From Raillietiella orientalis (lineage: Eukaryota), in assembly GCA_036172245.1 (NCBI GenBank), contig JAYWIR010000025.1:2852001-2916000 (forward strand): a stretch of 64,000 nucleotides of DNA, written 5' to 3'. Under the pieces are notes generated by a model that worked only from the letters and a program-made list of their open reading frames with translations, did no database searches and was not told where the DNA came from. Of the stretch, positions 37,535 through 51,450 are shown in pieces (position 1 is the stretch's first letter; the number at the start of each line of letters is the position of its first letter). A program made the position numbers and the translations under genes.

Positions 37535-40500
37535 TCACGTAAATTCAGTTGTTCCCAGTTTTCCTTTTCTCATCTGCCAGACAGCGGCGGACGTCTGCGG
37601 TTGTCCTGAATCTCGAGTTCGTGGGTGATTCCCACGAACAGCTTGTGAACCTCCTTCTGGAGAATGAAGGTTGACTTCCACCTTTGAAAATTGCCCACAG
37701 TAGCCGAAGAGAACTCGGGTCCTTGTGGCTGCGTGTGGTTTCTTTCGAAACCTTTCATTTGCAAAGCCACCGCCACAGGGACTATTAGGACGCCTCAGTT
37801 GAATCTGGCGGACTCCACATTCAACGTCCTGGGCTAGACGCTCTTCGTGCCGGGTTGCCAGGTGGTGACAAAGCTGTTCCCACGACCGCGCTGTTACGTG
37901 CCATGTGTTGATTGGCTTTAAATCGGTAGCCATCGAGCAAAAGAAATTATGAAATTCGGTTCGGATCTCCCACATTTCTCGCATGACCACTTTGTGCTCT
38001 TGAGTTCCAGTGACCGCAGACCCAGCTAGGAGTTAATTGTCTCTGACGGTAGCAACAACAGCAGCAGAGGATTTCTTGACTAGAAGTCGGTGGTTCCTCT
38101 CTGAGCGGCGAGGCTTGTGATTGATTGCATCCCTAAAGGCCTTCGATTGGTCTTGTTCGCTTCTGCTGCAAATCCTGATGACTTCATCCATTCCTCCTGT
38201 AGCGTCCTACATCCATTCCTACGCGTGCTCTGAGGAACTCTTAGCTTGCCCTCCAAATGCCAAGGACAACGTGCAGGTGTGTATAGGTGCAAAGCAGGTT
38301 GTGAATGAAATGACTGAATGAAGAAATGAATTTGCTGTTGAATGAAAGACATTCAACAGCAGATTCGTTTGTTCGACCAAGTCCGCAATCGGTGATGCTG
38401 GCCGAATCGTGTGAAGCGTTGGTACTTCCGAAAACTGGTATCACAGATTCAGGTTGTTTGAAAAATGAAATTCATGGTGACGAAACGAAAATCATTAAAA
38501 GCCACAAAAAGGAAAAAACGGTCCAAGACCATCATTTTCTATGTTAAAGACCACCAGACCTAGAAGCATCATTTCCGCCGTTTGAAATCAATAATTGCAG
38601 ATTCGGGAGGTAAGAGGCAGGTACGAATTCAAAGCATCGGCGCTTCGGTTTTACCTGAGAGCCCCAACGATTAAACGAAAGAAATCCGTTCCCCAAAATT
38701 TGTACCTTTTAATTATAGCCCATTATTTCCGGTTAGTACGCTGCGTCAATAAACGTTACGGGCCTGAAACAGAAACATTTTTTGCCTCCAAAGAGGACGG
38801 GCCTGTTGTGCTGACACCGAAATGATTCACATGACCCATCAAACCCTACGACACGTGACCTTGCACGGCAATTCGACACACTGCAGGTGCACTTCAGTTT
38901 ATTTTTGCTGCATTGAAAATACGGACATTCGTGCCAGCTGCTGATTGCTTCCAGGTTCAGGTGACCTTTTCGTTCACTAGCCACCCTTATGTGAAATGCA
39001 AAAATGAGAAATTTAGGGTAGAGAAAAAGAAAAAAGGAAAATCTGAGACCATCTCTGTTGAAGTGTTTAGGAGTTCCACTTCTCAGGAACGTTTCATCTT
39101 CCAACCCTGAGCTTGGAAATGCAGAAGTGCTTTTTCAGCATCTGGATCTATCTCAACAAGAGATGGAAATCGCGCGATCTCGGAGTCTTTCGTGAGTCAT
39201 CCGTCAGTAGAAGACAAGACTGTTGTGTCTTTCCTGCCCTCGTCGTATCCACAAGAACAGACCTTCTCTCAGTAAATACCACCACATCTCTCTAGCATCC
39301 AGAGATGTCACCTGCATGCTTGTCAGCAGCTCGGTCCATACAGACTCTCGCCTAATATCAAGCACTCGATCAGAGCACTCACAATAAATAGGGCTCAACA
39401 CAGTGTTGTGTGGCGACTGGTGTCGATGCTGGTTTCGCTGCGCAGCTCGGGGCATTCCCTAAGGGAATACGACTGAGCTTGTGGGAGGTGTATGAGACTG
39501 CAGGAGTAGTCCTTGTCCTTCTTGCTCCTCAACGGGAGCAAGAAGGCGTTTTTCTGCTTACCATTTAACACACTCTGAGCAAATGCGACGCGCGCAGAAG
39601 ACGCGCGGTGCAGTTGTCCCTTTCGCACATCATTAATTACTGCACGCGAAATTCTGGTCCCTCCGCCAAGAGGCACGCTGGTCCGGCAGACCAACTTGAA
39701 GAGACGGCGCAGAAACAATGGAGTCTCGTGATTCCTAAGCAGCAAATAAGGGACCCAAAATTTCGGTCTGATCTGATGCTACAGAGCAGCAGTCGGACCA
39801 ACCTACTCGGTGTGTCCCGTTTCTGCGGGAACTCAGTGGTAGGCCTGGAGGAAACGCCAACGAATTGAGAAGCTGTCTTTGAAGGTTGCATTCAGAGGAG
39901 CTCTGGCGTCCCTCGGAGCTCTGGTGGCCATGACCAGTGGAGCTTGGGGTTCAAAGAAGTTCAGAAACAACTCGCGGGACGTCGCACTAAGAGAATGATG
40001 CCTTCCTTGGCTCCACTGCAGACAAGATGGCAAAGATGTATAGCATACACGCTAGGTCACCGGCCGAGAGTACCCACGGGGACCAGAAGTACATTGCCGT
40101 TCTTCCGAACCCGTTGATTGTGAGGCCTAACTGCATCCCATCCAAGAGAAGAACAAGAGCATCGTGGAAGACAAAAAGCACCATCATCTGTTTTGCAGGA
40201 ATCCTTTGCCAGCGGAACACAATTCCAGGACTCTCTGCTTTCAGTCTTTCCTGAGAAATTGGTACTGACTCCCTCCCCATCTCGCCAGTCCAAAGTCCAG
40301 AGATTCCGAGATCCGTAGATTGGCTCTCCCTTCCTGTTCCCAAGATCAGAATGCGTATTGGAGGGTCGTCTCGCTGCTGTGGACAGCTAAATCAAACCGC
40401 TACGAATTCCCCAATGCAGATGGACCGCCCGAGCTGTGCGCACAGTGTAGAATGACGGGTGATGGTGGTCACGGGTGAAAAGAAGCAGTGAACGAATCAA

Positions 40501-43500
40501 ATGGAAGAGGCCGCGTCCATGCGCTCATCTGAGGTGACCCTTTCCATGTGTTGGGTGGCTCCTGCTATCCCGCGTGGCAGACGAAGTGCCGAATAACAGT
40601 TCCCTTCTGTTTGCACTTAAAGCAGCATCCAAATTCATGTTTCCACCTCTGGACCACGACAACGAGGGAGGCTTACCTTGGGTCAGTTCTTGTCCGAGGC
40701 ATTCCACTCTTCTCTCCGCCCGCTTGTACGAATCCATCCACTCTTTTGGATCTTTTCAGTTGGGAGGAATTGATTCAGATACTGGATCCCATTTTGCAGC
40801 TTCTTGTTCGAAGATGACCGAATTCTGGATCCTTCCCCTGTTAGTCAGAGACCTTTCTCGAAGTCTTCTTCACCCCCTCTCCTCCACTTCTCAGCTCCAA
40901 AAATAGATTCTGAAAAAAACAAAAACAAAAAATAACTGCAGCGTATCGGGTTTTGAAGATCATTTTCATCTTTGCGTCACCTATGGAAGCATCCTCCTCT
41001 CTTCCGAGTGTCTCATGTGAAAAATACCTCCCTGCAATAAAACCCAGACAACTGGTTTTTTCTCCTTTCGCACCGATTAATCAGAGGAATACACGGCTCC
41101 TTCGCAATAACTGGTAGCTGCTTACTGACCTGGAATATTTTTATGCCACACGCAATGTGGACGTGACTGCAGAGCGTAGAAACGAACCGAGTTTTCCTGC
41201 TAGCGTCCCCTTCTCTATTGGTCTTTCGTAGTCAGTAATCAGTTGGTAATGAAAACAGGAAGAGAACGGAAAACAGGATGAATAAATCACCAAACACTTC
41301 ACTGCTGTGTTGCAAGAAGGCCCCAGAACAGCAAGAGTGCCAACCCGCACGACAGGCGGATTTGAGGGCCAAGTCGAACATCCGAACGCTGCTGGTCTCC
41401 GAGCTCATCCGGCCCGTGCTGTTTTAAGCACTCTGGCGGAGCGAAGCGTGGGGGGCAGCCGAGAACTGGGGGAGGCGGTAGTTCCCAGTTCCCGACCGGG
41501 CGCATCAGAGCAAAGGGAGCCGGGCTCTTGGGAAGGCGTGCTGCTCTGGAACTTTGGCCTCTGGTGTTCGCGCCTAATCATAGACTGAGCGGTGCTGAAG
41601 AAAACCCTTCGTTTGGCCTCGATGCTTCTTGGCTGCTCCGACCCCGCATTTGCTAGCAATTCGCCCAGGAGCTAACGGTTCCCGCACCATACGCGAACGC
41701 TCTGGAAAGAAGTCACTGCTTAAATGTTACTAAATGAGAAAGTCTTGAATCCATACATCTCTATGGGTAAAAATGGTAAAACAGAGTTTGTTTTTCGTGT
41801 CGATCATAGATCCTCATCTTTTGATAACCTTTTGCAGTTTTTCATTGCATCATTCCCTAGTGGGCACTTGTAAAAGTGCAAATTCTTCGCAACTTTGCTT
41901 ATTTCGTTTTTTGTTTTTTTTTCCTTTTTTAGAGTTCCTACACTATGTTTCCTAATCCTGAATCTTTGTGATCTTTCTGAGTCTTTTCCTGCTCCCTTGA
42001 GGGAAGATCTTTCAACAAACAGGCACGCATTTTACCGTTCTTCCGGACTCATTGATTTCGAGCCCTAACTGCATTCCATCCAACAGGAGAATAAGAACAC
42101 CTTGGAAGCCGAAAAGCTCCACCATCCGTTTTGCAGGAATCCTTTGCCGGCGGAACAGAATTCCAGGACTCTCCGGCTGCAATCTTTCCGGAGAAATTGG
42201 TACCGACCACTCCATTTGGCCGTATTTGACGGGTTACGAGCAGCAGTAAACACAGGAAGATGCACGCCTTTCCGTGTTTATTTCTCATTAATGAAGGAAG
42301 GAGAACGGAGGATTCAGTTTGCTTCTTGTTTTATTTAATTAATTTGATTTGATTTTTGCTGTTTGCGCTAACAGACTAACCCTGTTTTGGAGGAAAAGAA
42401 AGCATTTCTTTCCCACAAGGATTTGTAGCAGCAGTGCACGGGATGGGCATCAGAAGACAACTGCATGCTGCTGTCCTTTTTAATCGAAATCCATGGAACT
42501 TCTCTTTTCCTTAAACATTCAACATTGTAAGAAGTTAAAAAGGCAGGCTGGAGTTTCCCGCAGACAGGCAGCTGGTTCAGTAAAACGGGCAAAATCACTC
42601 TACTGAGCTACTCGACCCACGGACTATATAGTTCACTGCCTTTTAGAGTCAATTAGTTTCCTGTTCTAACGTTAATTCAAAGGAAGAAAAGAAGATGCCT
42701 CGCCAAAGATCTGGAGGCATCCCAGGAAAAGGAAAAAAAAAAAGGGGCGGGTGGGAGGGCACTGCTGCGTCGCAGCGCAGCAAGACCTCTGCACATTTTG
42801 GGATCGGAAGCCACAGGGCTTCTGTGAATTCATGCCGAGGGTGTGTCGTTGCCAGGGTCCGTGATCTGGTGTGGACGAATGAATTCGGGATAAGCGCGTT
42901 CCACGGATGAAATTCGAACGTGCGGCTTGGAACACATTGGAACTGTGTGCACGGTTCGTCCCGCATCACTGGCACGACAAGAACGATCTTCTGGTGGTGG
43001 CGGCGGCGTGTTTTTCTGCTGCTGCTGCTTTTTTTTTTTTTTTCGAATTCGTTCTTCGCGTAAGGAAGACTGCAAGCGAGCTGAAACCTGAGGCGATGGC
43101 TCCGCTACTTGAACAGCGACTCGTAGACAACACTTTGCTAACGAACTGTTTGTTTTGCACGTTGTCTTGCTAGGATCCGAGGGCCATTTAGGTGACACGT
43201 ATTTGCTTTCCCTGGGTGCCCTGCTCAAATATCGTGGGCATTCAATCATGGACGCAACCTCGTTTTCAACGGAATTCACTTGGCAGATCGGCCACTTGGC
43301 TCACAGACTGTCCATAAAATAACCTTGTCCATAAAACCCGAAGCCAAAGGCATTCTTTTGCCAATCGTCACGAGGGAAAACACGGATTCTCATGCAGCTG
43401 AATGGCCCGGATGAGCACATGTTTGTAGGGCTTTTGAAAACACTCCCTAAATGCTCTGCAACAAGATTGCTTTGCGAAGCAGATTGTGGAAGCTGCAATG
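37535..43500 (-). pseudogene. Degenerate, partly duplicated multi-exon gene(s), weakly resembling stonustoxin/neoverrucotoxin-like + FN3 + septin/AIG1-type GTPase proteins
   Basis: The duplicated exon (40097-40270 vs 42036-42209) is open in one minus frame with many synonymous differences. Fragments ELRSGGEG..EWMDSYKRAE, NFFEPQAP..ATFKDSFSIRW (FN3-like) and WEIRTEFHNFFCSM..VRQIQ occur in a plausible order but with stops and frameshifts. The family assignment is weak. Confidence 0.35.
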
Positions 43501-44437
43501 CATCTCTTTAGCATGAAACAGAAACCTCCGAGCGCAGACTTAGGAACCCATGCTTATGCAAAAAGGAATTTCATTTCCTTCTCATGCTGATTCTACCCAC
43601 TTTAGCCAGCAACAAACAATGCGTTAACTTTTTTCCCGTTATGCTTAGCATAATCAATTAAAAACAAGTTGGTATATCGGTTGTGTGCACCATTACGAAA
43701 CTGCTATTATACCTTTCGATCTATCCATATAAATTCATATTCAACCAGATGGAGCAAAGATGTGCCATTAAACGGCCTAATTTCGAGTACATCTCCCACA
43801 ACTGAGCTATTTGGCTGCAGCAATTACCGTTTCTCCTATTCTAGTTTCTATGATCTCTGTCTATTTCTTCATCGAACGGAGCCCTTCTCTTGCTTGCACA
43901 GCAGTCTGAACCACATAGACGTGTTTTGCATATTTTCTCTAATGGTTTGTGTTGTTTCTTCTGTATTGAAAAAATTTGGCTGCATTATTTCAAGTCATGT
44001 GAATCATATTTCTCGAAAAGCTTGTAACTAGCCAGGTAATTCACCTTTTTGTATCAGCAATCTCTCTGTATATCTTGTTGCAAGCCATCTAAAAACACCA
44101 GTGACTGCTCCCACTGTTGTTACCATTACCATCAAATTATTATAAATCATCAGTAGTAGTATTAGCATCTGCTAGGCACAGTTTAATATTTAATAAACAT
44201 GAATCTACATATGAAACCACTACTGAAATCTACATGGTTTCGTTTATTACTTCCGAAATTGATGAAAAATATTTCAAAGTCAACCAAATTTTAAACCACC
44301 AAGGAGTGGAATATCAAAAGTTCTCTTATCCAGTCTTCCATACTTTTGGCACATCAAGAACTCTTCTTGGTAATAGAAAGCACTTTTTCCCGTAACATGA
44401 GATACTTTGGATTGAAGTCCTCTAGCAACAAGATGGA

Positions 44438-45742
44438 TTACTTGGGATTCATGGTCTCCTTTATCTTCTTTAGGGAGGATGCTACAGCACTTTCTGGGAC
44501 TGATGACTCCAATGCCTTATGTTTACATAACTCCAATGAAAGCAAATATGCACAGACTTTCCTATATTTGTGAACTCCCGAGATCTGAAAATGGAAGAAT
44601 AAAAATCAAGTCTCCCATAATGCTCCTTCTCACCTTGATGAAGTACACTGTCTTATCTTCTTCATCTGAAGACAAAGCAGTTGCAGAATCGTGGTGACAG
44701 CGAGACTGTGAGACAGTTGGTGTCTCAATTCCAGATATGGTAGCTTGAGGATCTAATACTGAGGACTGGCTGTTGAGATCAGAGAATTGAGATTCCTCTT
44801 GGCTAACTGCTGACAGAACCTTGCCTTCTTCTGTTCTTTTATCCCTACTTGGACAGGCACACACTCTCAGGTTCAGTGTAGAGTGGCCCAATTCATTGCC
44901 TCTGAGAACAATTTACAATATGTGAATGATTGTCTCATACTTACTCAAAATCTTCTAATCTAAAAACTACGGCAACTGCCTGGCGCCCAGGCCCACCAAC
45001 GCAGCTGTGTCTGCACATGAAACGAAATAATAGGGTGGCAAGTGATGAACCTGGATTGCAGAAGGCCAAAGGAGCACGCACAGAATTGTGCTCGTTTTCA
45101 ACAAGATAAGTAGCCTGGGAGGAGATGATCCGAATAAAATGCTCCCTAAGATGCTCTGGGAAATCTAGATGCACAAAAATAGTGAGTGTGGCAACCACAG
45201 CACATGAAAACTCACTAAGGTTGGTGAATCGATCCATTACATGATGTTTGCAACGTTTCAAGGGAACGTGGACCAAAGAAGCATCAACAAAATATGCTGT
45301 AGCTCTCACAAAAAGCCAATGAGATATGGCTTTGGGCAATACTTCAAAACTAATTGGAACTGTGGAATTAATTTCTACAAACAACTTATTCAATAAGGGG
45401 GAAAACTGAAACAAAATCAGTGAAATAACGCAGCTGATGACTAACAGCCCAAGTAGTGGTGCGGGAAGTTAATTCCTCTGGAAAAACTACATGGAATCCT
45501 AACTCTCCTGGTAAATTATCAAACTGGATTCCTGAATGTGGGTTCCCAGCAGTCAAATCACAAACCCTGTCATCACATCCCAGAATGGCCTCGTCAAATT
45601 CTAAAGTATCTCTAGTAGTTCCATGGGACATGAGAAAGTTTATTAGGATATCCACTTACACAAAATTTTTCAAATCCTGCACGAGAGTGCTATCACATGT
45701 TAGGGAATACTCCATCGGGTTATGATCATCGAGATCCATCAT
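44438..45742 (-). CDS. p53: p53-family transcription factor (DNA-binding domain plus oligomerization domain), 357 aa, 6 exons
   Basis: Exons 45742-45660, 45611-45446, 45405-45216, 45164-44945, 44901-44634 and 44584-44438 are all GT-AG and phase-consistent (introns 48, 40, 51, 43, 49 nt). Motifs: FSPLLNKLFV, RCKHH, FMCRHSCVGGPGR, RVCACPSRDKRTEE, and tetramerization-like YFIKISGVHKYRKV..LEL. An in-frame TGA directly precedes the ATG. Confidence 0.93.
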
Positions 45743-47191
45743 TCATTGTTAAATAGAAGCTATGTCGGTGCCTGTTGGATTCTGGGAAACCACCAGAAGC
45801 TTGCTGGCTGACGAAAAGCACCTTGCAGGCTCAATGAAAACCAATTTAATTTAGTTCGCCACGTCTTAAAGAAACTACAAAAGAAACATCGGGAAATGAT
45901 GCCTGACTACAGTACTTTCGCTTCTTACACGTTTAGACAAATATAAGCTTACATTTTCTCTAGCCATCCTTTCTCACAGCCACTTGTTTCCATTCAAACT
46001 TACACTGTTTATCCTCAAGACACACACACACACTTCAACCGTTCACTGCTCTCCGCTCTGCGCCAATCGAATCGGGCAGACGGCCCATGTTGGGCGGAGT
46101 AACACGTGTTATCCCCAATACCCTCAGCTTGAGCCAGCGGGATTTTCGAGATGTACCTGTTCCCTATTTTGAACAGGTGGACCCTCAAATTCGAGGAAGC
46201 GTGAAGGAACCAACCTGATGCGTTATTTCCCTCCCTCTCCCCCCTCCCCCTCCCCAAACCAAGGGACTGAGCAGGTGTCAGGGTCCCCCTCTGCGGTTAA
46301 CAAGCGCTCACCGAATAGAATTAACTTTAAAGCATATCTGGAAAAACGAGAAAACTACGTGTGGGCAAAAAGTTTCTTGAAAACCGAGTTTTCGGTTTTC
46401 AAGAAACTCGTTAGACTATTTTTCTTTCTTTAAAATAGGGAATGTTAAACTGAAATGGCCAAATTCTAAATGGAACTACTTCCCTGATTAATGAAATGGT
46501 TAATTCGTAGAATTCTGTAGACCCCACTTTTCGAGGAACGTTTCTTTTTTTCGCACCGAAAAGTTCCTACTCTTACAAGAACTCAGGAGAAAAAACAAAC
46601 AAACAATACAGCGAATAAACACACAGTGTATCTCCGGCATCACATTAACAAAGTAAATACACGGAACCAGCACCATGACTCGAAAAGGACACAGCAGGCC
46701 AACTGAGGTGTCCCCAGTTTCGGCAAGAAAACCTCAGACCGAGATCGGCTGAGGTGGCTGTTGAGTCCACGAGACGCTTTTGTTATGTTACTGCCGCGGA
46801 CAACATTACAAGACACCGTTCCATGTTTATTGGAAGCCGGTACTTTGTGACAAGATTTATCAGGTGCCCAAACAAGGGCAAAAGTAAAAGATAACTGCGA
46901 TATGGTGGCACCGCATTTTCAAGCTTCGACATGCTTTGCTTTGTTTTTTGCTTTTTTTCGATCAAATTACTTGTTACATTGCCACATCATAAGCAACACT
47001 AAGTATGACATGGCATATTATTGTTATTGCATTTAAGATACACGAATTAGCTGTTATTGCTACCCATGGATATTTATTCATTACAAACACGGTGGAAAAT
47101 GTGTTTGTTTGTATCAGGTTTCGAGTGAGCTTTGCATTGATTTGAGACCACAACCAAAGTTAAGGACACTCATGGATGAGAGAAGCTTGCA

Positions 47192-47793
47192 TTAATAAAA
47201 ATACACTTCGTTAAGAAGTTTCGAAGTGCTTCGTGATCTTTAAGTGGTGGGTGATCCCAAAAGGTAAAAAGATATAGTTATCAAACAGAACACACATTCT
47301 CTCATCCAGCATGGATTTTAGACAATAATCATCGTGTGTGATTCGGTCACTTATGCAGAGCACTTTGGATTTAAAGTGAGTAAGATTCTCACGAACCTCT
47401 AGAGAACACGGGTCTATGACAAAATCGTTGGTAAAGCCACATTTATTATTACTATCATTATTGTTAAATAAAATACACCAAGCCTCGCTTTCAAGCGCTA
47501 TTATCCTATGCAACGAATCGCAGATGAACTCCAGCACTTTCTGAAGGAGAAGCACTATTTTATCGGCTTCCTCAGATCGAAACATCCTGATTGCAATTCG
47601 ATGATAATAGAAAACGGAATACAGAAAACTGGGATGCTTGCATAAGATGCTGATCCGTGAGCTTCTTGAGATAAAACACCGCAGCTTTTCCCGGCATATT
47701 ACAGCCGAGCAGGCATATTACAAACGATCGCAAAGAGCGGAGCATCCTGGATTCAACGCGAGATGCTTTATGTACCAGCTCATGTAAGTTCAC
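47192..47793 (-). CDS. Hypothetical spliced protein-coding gene, product unknown
   Basis: Overlapping ORFs 47572-47793 and 47211-47585 can be joined through short AT-rich introns (one needs a GC donor) into ...MPGKAAVFYLKKLTDQHLMMFRSEEADKIVLLLQKVLEFICDSLHRIIALESEAW... No recognised domain. Confidence 0.3.
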
Positions 47794-50499
47794 GGATCAC
47801 GAGAGATTCTGGATCGGAACTATGATGTTTGCGTGTGTGGAAACGAAGTCGTATTTTTCCAACACTTCTCGTGTTGTCCCATGCTTCCGCCTTCGAGGGA
47901 AACCCACCAGAGGAAATGAGAATTCCAGTTCCGACTACATTCCGCGTTTCTGGATCGGTTCGAGGGGAACGCCAGTTGTCCGGAGCTTTTTCTTTTTGCT
48001 AGAAATTTCGAATTCCGGGAGAGTTTTCATATGTTGATGGCGATGCTTAGGGCTTAACGGGGCGCGGTAGCTGCAGAACCGTATTACTTTGTGCGTTGGC
48101 GCTCTGCAATGAGCTTTATTTTGTCTGGCGTCTTAGGTCATCTTAGTGCAGACGGGATTTGAAGATCACCTTTTTTCTGTAATGGGGAAAAAATAGTGGC
48201 AACATCGACAGCATTCGTTTTCTCATATTGAGTAGTTGCCAACTGCAAGCAGAAGTTATGGAAGCATTGAATCAGTGGCTTTTTCTTTTTTTTTTAATTT
48301 CTGAAGATAATGGAAATCCATATTTGCAGTTTGCGGGAGGAGTGAATACTCCGAATGAGGTCGTCAAATGAATTCTCAGCTGCTAAAGCTTCATTCAAGT
48401 GAAGTCTTTGCGTAAAAGTAGTGCATTCCAAACACAGTTAAGGACAAAAGCTGCCTTTGGGCTTAACGGATTTTTGCGCGCGCGCACGGGTGTGTCATTT
48501 CTTCCTAAACTATCGCATGGGTGTCCAAAATATTCTCTTCTTCCTCACGTGTAGTCTAATGCGTATAAGGTTATATGTAATGTAATTTATTTAACTGTAT
48601 TGATTTCATTTGCGATGCATCGACAATCACAAGTCCAAAGTCCGTCAGCCACAAATCATTACGCCACGGGGGCGAAAAGGAGCGCAGCCTCCTATTCGAC
48701 CTGCCTTTGAATCATGTTAGGTTGTTTAGGATACTGATGAAACCGGCAAGCAAATCTTCTGGTGGATGTCCGCCTCTGCCATTCAGAATTCCATCCAGAG
48801 TACTTTGAAACTTCGAAAAAAATGAATTGATAGCTCGCGTGCGCTTCGCAAAAAAAGTTCGCTTTTTTGGAAATGAACTCACCCCACTCACTTCCTTCTT
48901 GCCTTGAAACCAAACACGGACTTTTGCTCCAAAGCGCAGAAAGGGGTGTCAAGAGCCGATTGCCCTTCTCCTGTTACCTCGCCGATGCCTCCATCCAATC
49001 CAACCGTTTTCGAGTCTCGGAACTGCTTCGAGCGTGATCTGTTGCAGTGATTTTCTCGGATATTCAGATTCCGGCCGGTCCAGCAAAGCTTCGAGTCCGT
49101 AGATAATTGAAAGATGAGGGTAAATACTCCTCACATCGACTCAGTTCAGCTCATCGTGCATCGTGGAGCTTTCTACCTAGGAGAACATGAGGAGAAAAGA
49201 ACCACGGGAACGTGCCTGGGTCTTCATGAAGGAATCAGTTCATCCTGGAACACTGACACGTGCATTATTAGTGATGACGAAGGAAAGAAAGCTCTGCACA
49301 AACACACATCATCTCAATCTCCAAAGCCATTGGATGATGACACGACTTGGGCACATCCTTCCCTTGAAGCGACATCGCCAGAATCAACCCCAACATTTTC
49401 TCTTGTTAGCAGTGCGACTCATTGCCAACATAAAATCGCCTCTGGTCTTTGACTTCAGCGAAATGATCACATGACGGATCAGACTGCGTGACTTGGCACA
49501 TAGGCTTTTGGTACAGAAGCGGCAAACCTACTGTGTTCGTGTGTACGCTCAATTTCCACCAATGACCACTCATTCTTTCCACGGAGAATGTTGGCATTCT
49601 CTCCCTCTTTTTTTCTGCACCGATTTCCACTAAACCAACATGAAAATTGGAAGGCAACCTTTTCATGTGGTTTCCATGTGAAAAAAAACTTGCTCTCCGG
49701 AAAGCGACCGTTGTGAACCGTTCTTTCCAGAGCGGATAAATTTCGTGCTTGTAGGTTTCGTTTCAGCACTCAAAAGTCCAGTCTTGGTCCAGCACTCCTT
49801 AATCTTTGCGGAACTTGGCATGCCTCTTCTCAGCTAAGAGAATCTCATTTTTGAGTCGAAGAACAAGACAAGCCAAGAACGGTTGCAATTCGGAGCAGCG
49901 GTGCTGGAAGCAATGCAATCTAACTGACGGTGAACGAAAACCATTTCTGGTACTGCATTTGTTCCTTTAGGGACAGCAAAATGAGGCGATAACCCTGTCC
50001 AAGGTGATGTGGCTTTTAGCTTTCTCGAGGCCTGAGTTCTTGGCTTATGTGGCTGGGGTCTCGTCCTGCACGGTCCGTTTCGAAGCAGCTTATCTCCCTG
50101 GACAAAACGCCTTTGCGTTAGGGATTTTTTCTTCCAGGTGCGACTATACTGCTTCACGAATCTCTTGTGGCGTATTTTCCTTTTTCTCAAGTGATTCGAT
50201 GACTGCCCTCGTAACAAGGACTCGTGCTTGTTCCCAAGACAACGAAGCCACAAAACCACTTGACAATCATTTCATTGGGACGTCTTCTCATTTGCATTTT
50301 TTTTTTTCTATTACCTTGGGGTATCAGAGGGCCTAATGTCATCAAAGAATTAACAGCACATCAGCAAAGAGAATCCAAGAATTATATGAGCCTTGGAATC
50401 TGGAAGCTTCCTCAACTGATCGCTAGCGGGACACATGGTCTTGTTGTTCGCGTAATTTATCTACGGGAGCAGTCCCCATCGGTCTCAGTCATTAAGTCA

Positions 50500-51214
50500 T
50501 CGTCGAATAGCAACTCTCAATTAAGCTGTAGAATCACATCTAGGTCTAGAAAATGCTGCAAACGGTAGCATTTTCCAAGGGAGAAAACAGTACACGGCAA
50601 CATTCGTTTGCAATGTCGCCTCATCGAAAACAAACCCTTTAAAATGAGTTGTTCCTCTCCTAGGATCCTCTACAGCTCCTCCAACAAATACTGCACAAAT
50701 ACTTGATTTAAATGCACTCTACAAAACCGCTTGCCATCGAAAAGGCTTCCAGTGTAGATCGGGAACAGCGGTCTGTGCTCCACATATGTAAAAATGCCTT
50801 CAGAACACTCAAAATGCGACACGTTGTGTTCAGTGAACAAAAATAAGTACGATGCAGTTGTCAGCATTTTAAACTTTCCATAAACTTAGGTCATGCGTTT
50901 TCCCGTTTTTTCATACCGTTCTCACTTCGCAGTGGGTGGAATTTTTATATATCCTAGACGGAGGGAAAAATAAGTTTTCCCCAAGTCTGTTCTGTCAATT
51001 TCGAGTGATATCTTTGCATCCATGGGAACAGAAATCGAAAGCGTCTTCTGAAATTGAGAGAATTCATGAGCCCTGTCTTCATGGAGGATGACTAATCCAT
51101 TAGGATCAACATTTGGAAACAACCCACAAAATATAGGAAAATAGAGAGATTACCTGCTAAAGTAGGAAGGTTCTCGAAAGTATCAAAAATTGATGGCTGT
51201 GTTAAAATAGAGAG

Positions 51215-51261
<47 letters not shown>

Positions 51262-51450
51262 GGAGGACCTGATGAGTCATTTTCCCAGGACAAACCATTT
51301 CGGCAAAAACTGGAATGCTTTGTCGTCATCATCATTTAAGAATATGCGATTTCCGGCATTTTTCTGCTGCGCAACTGCTTGACACTTCTGCAGCCGCTTG
51401 GATGCTTACCTTTCCCAAGAAATTCTCCCTTTGTCGAACATGCTGCTTAC
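50500..51450 (-). CDS. Hypothetical multi-exon gene, product unknown
   Basis: Phase-consistent exons ...RENFLGK|PSIFDTFENLPTLA|VILHEDRAHEFSQFQKTLSISVPMDAKISLEIDRTDLGKTYFSLRLGYIKIPPTA with canonical gtaag/gtaat/gtgag donors. Downstream exon phases are not fully resolved. Confidence 0.35.
51217..51258. repeat. (AC)n microsatellite
   Basis: Directly visible; intronic in the hypothetical gene. Confidence 0.98.
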
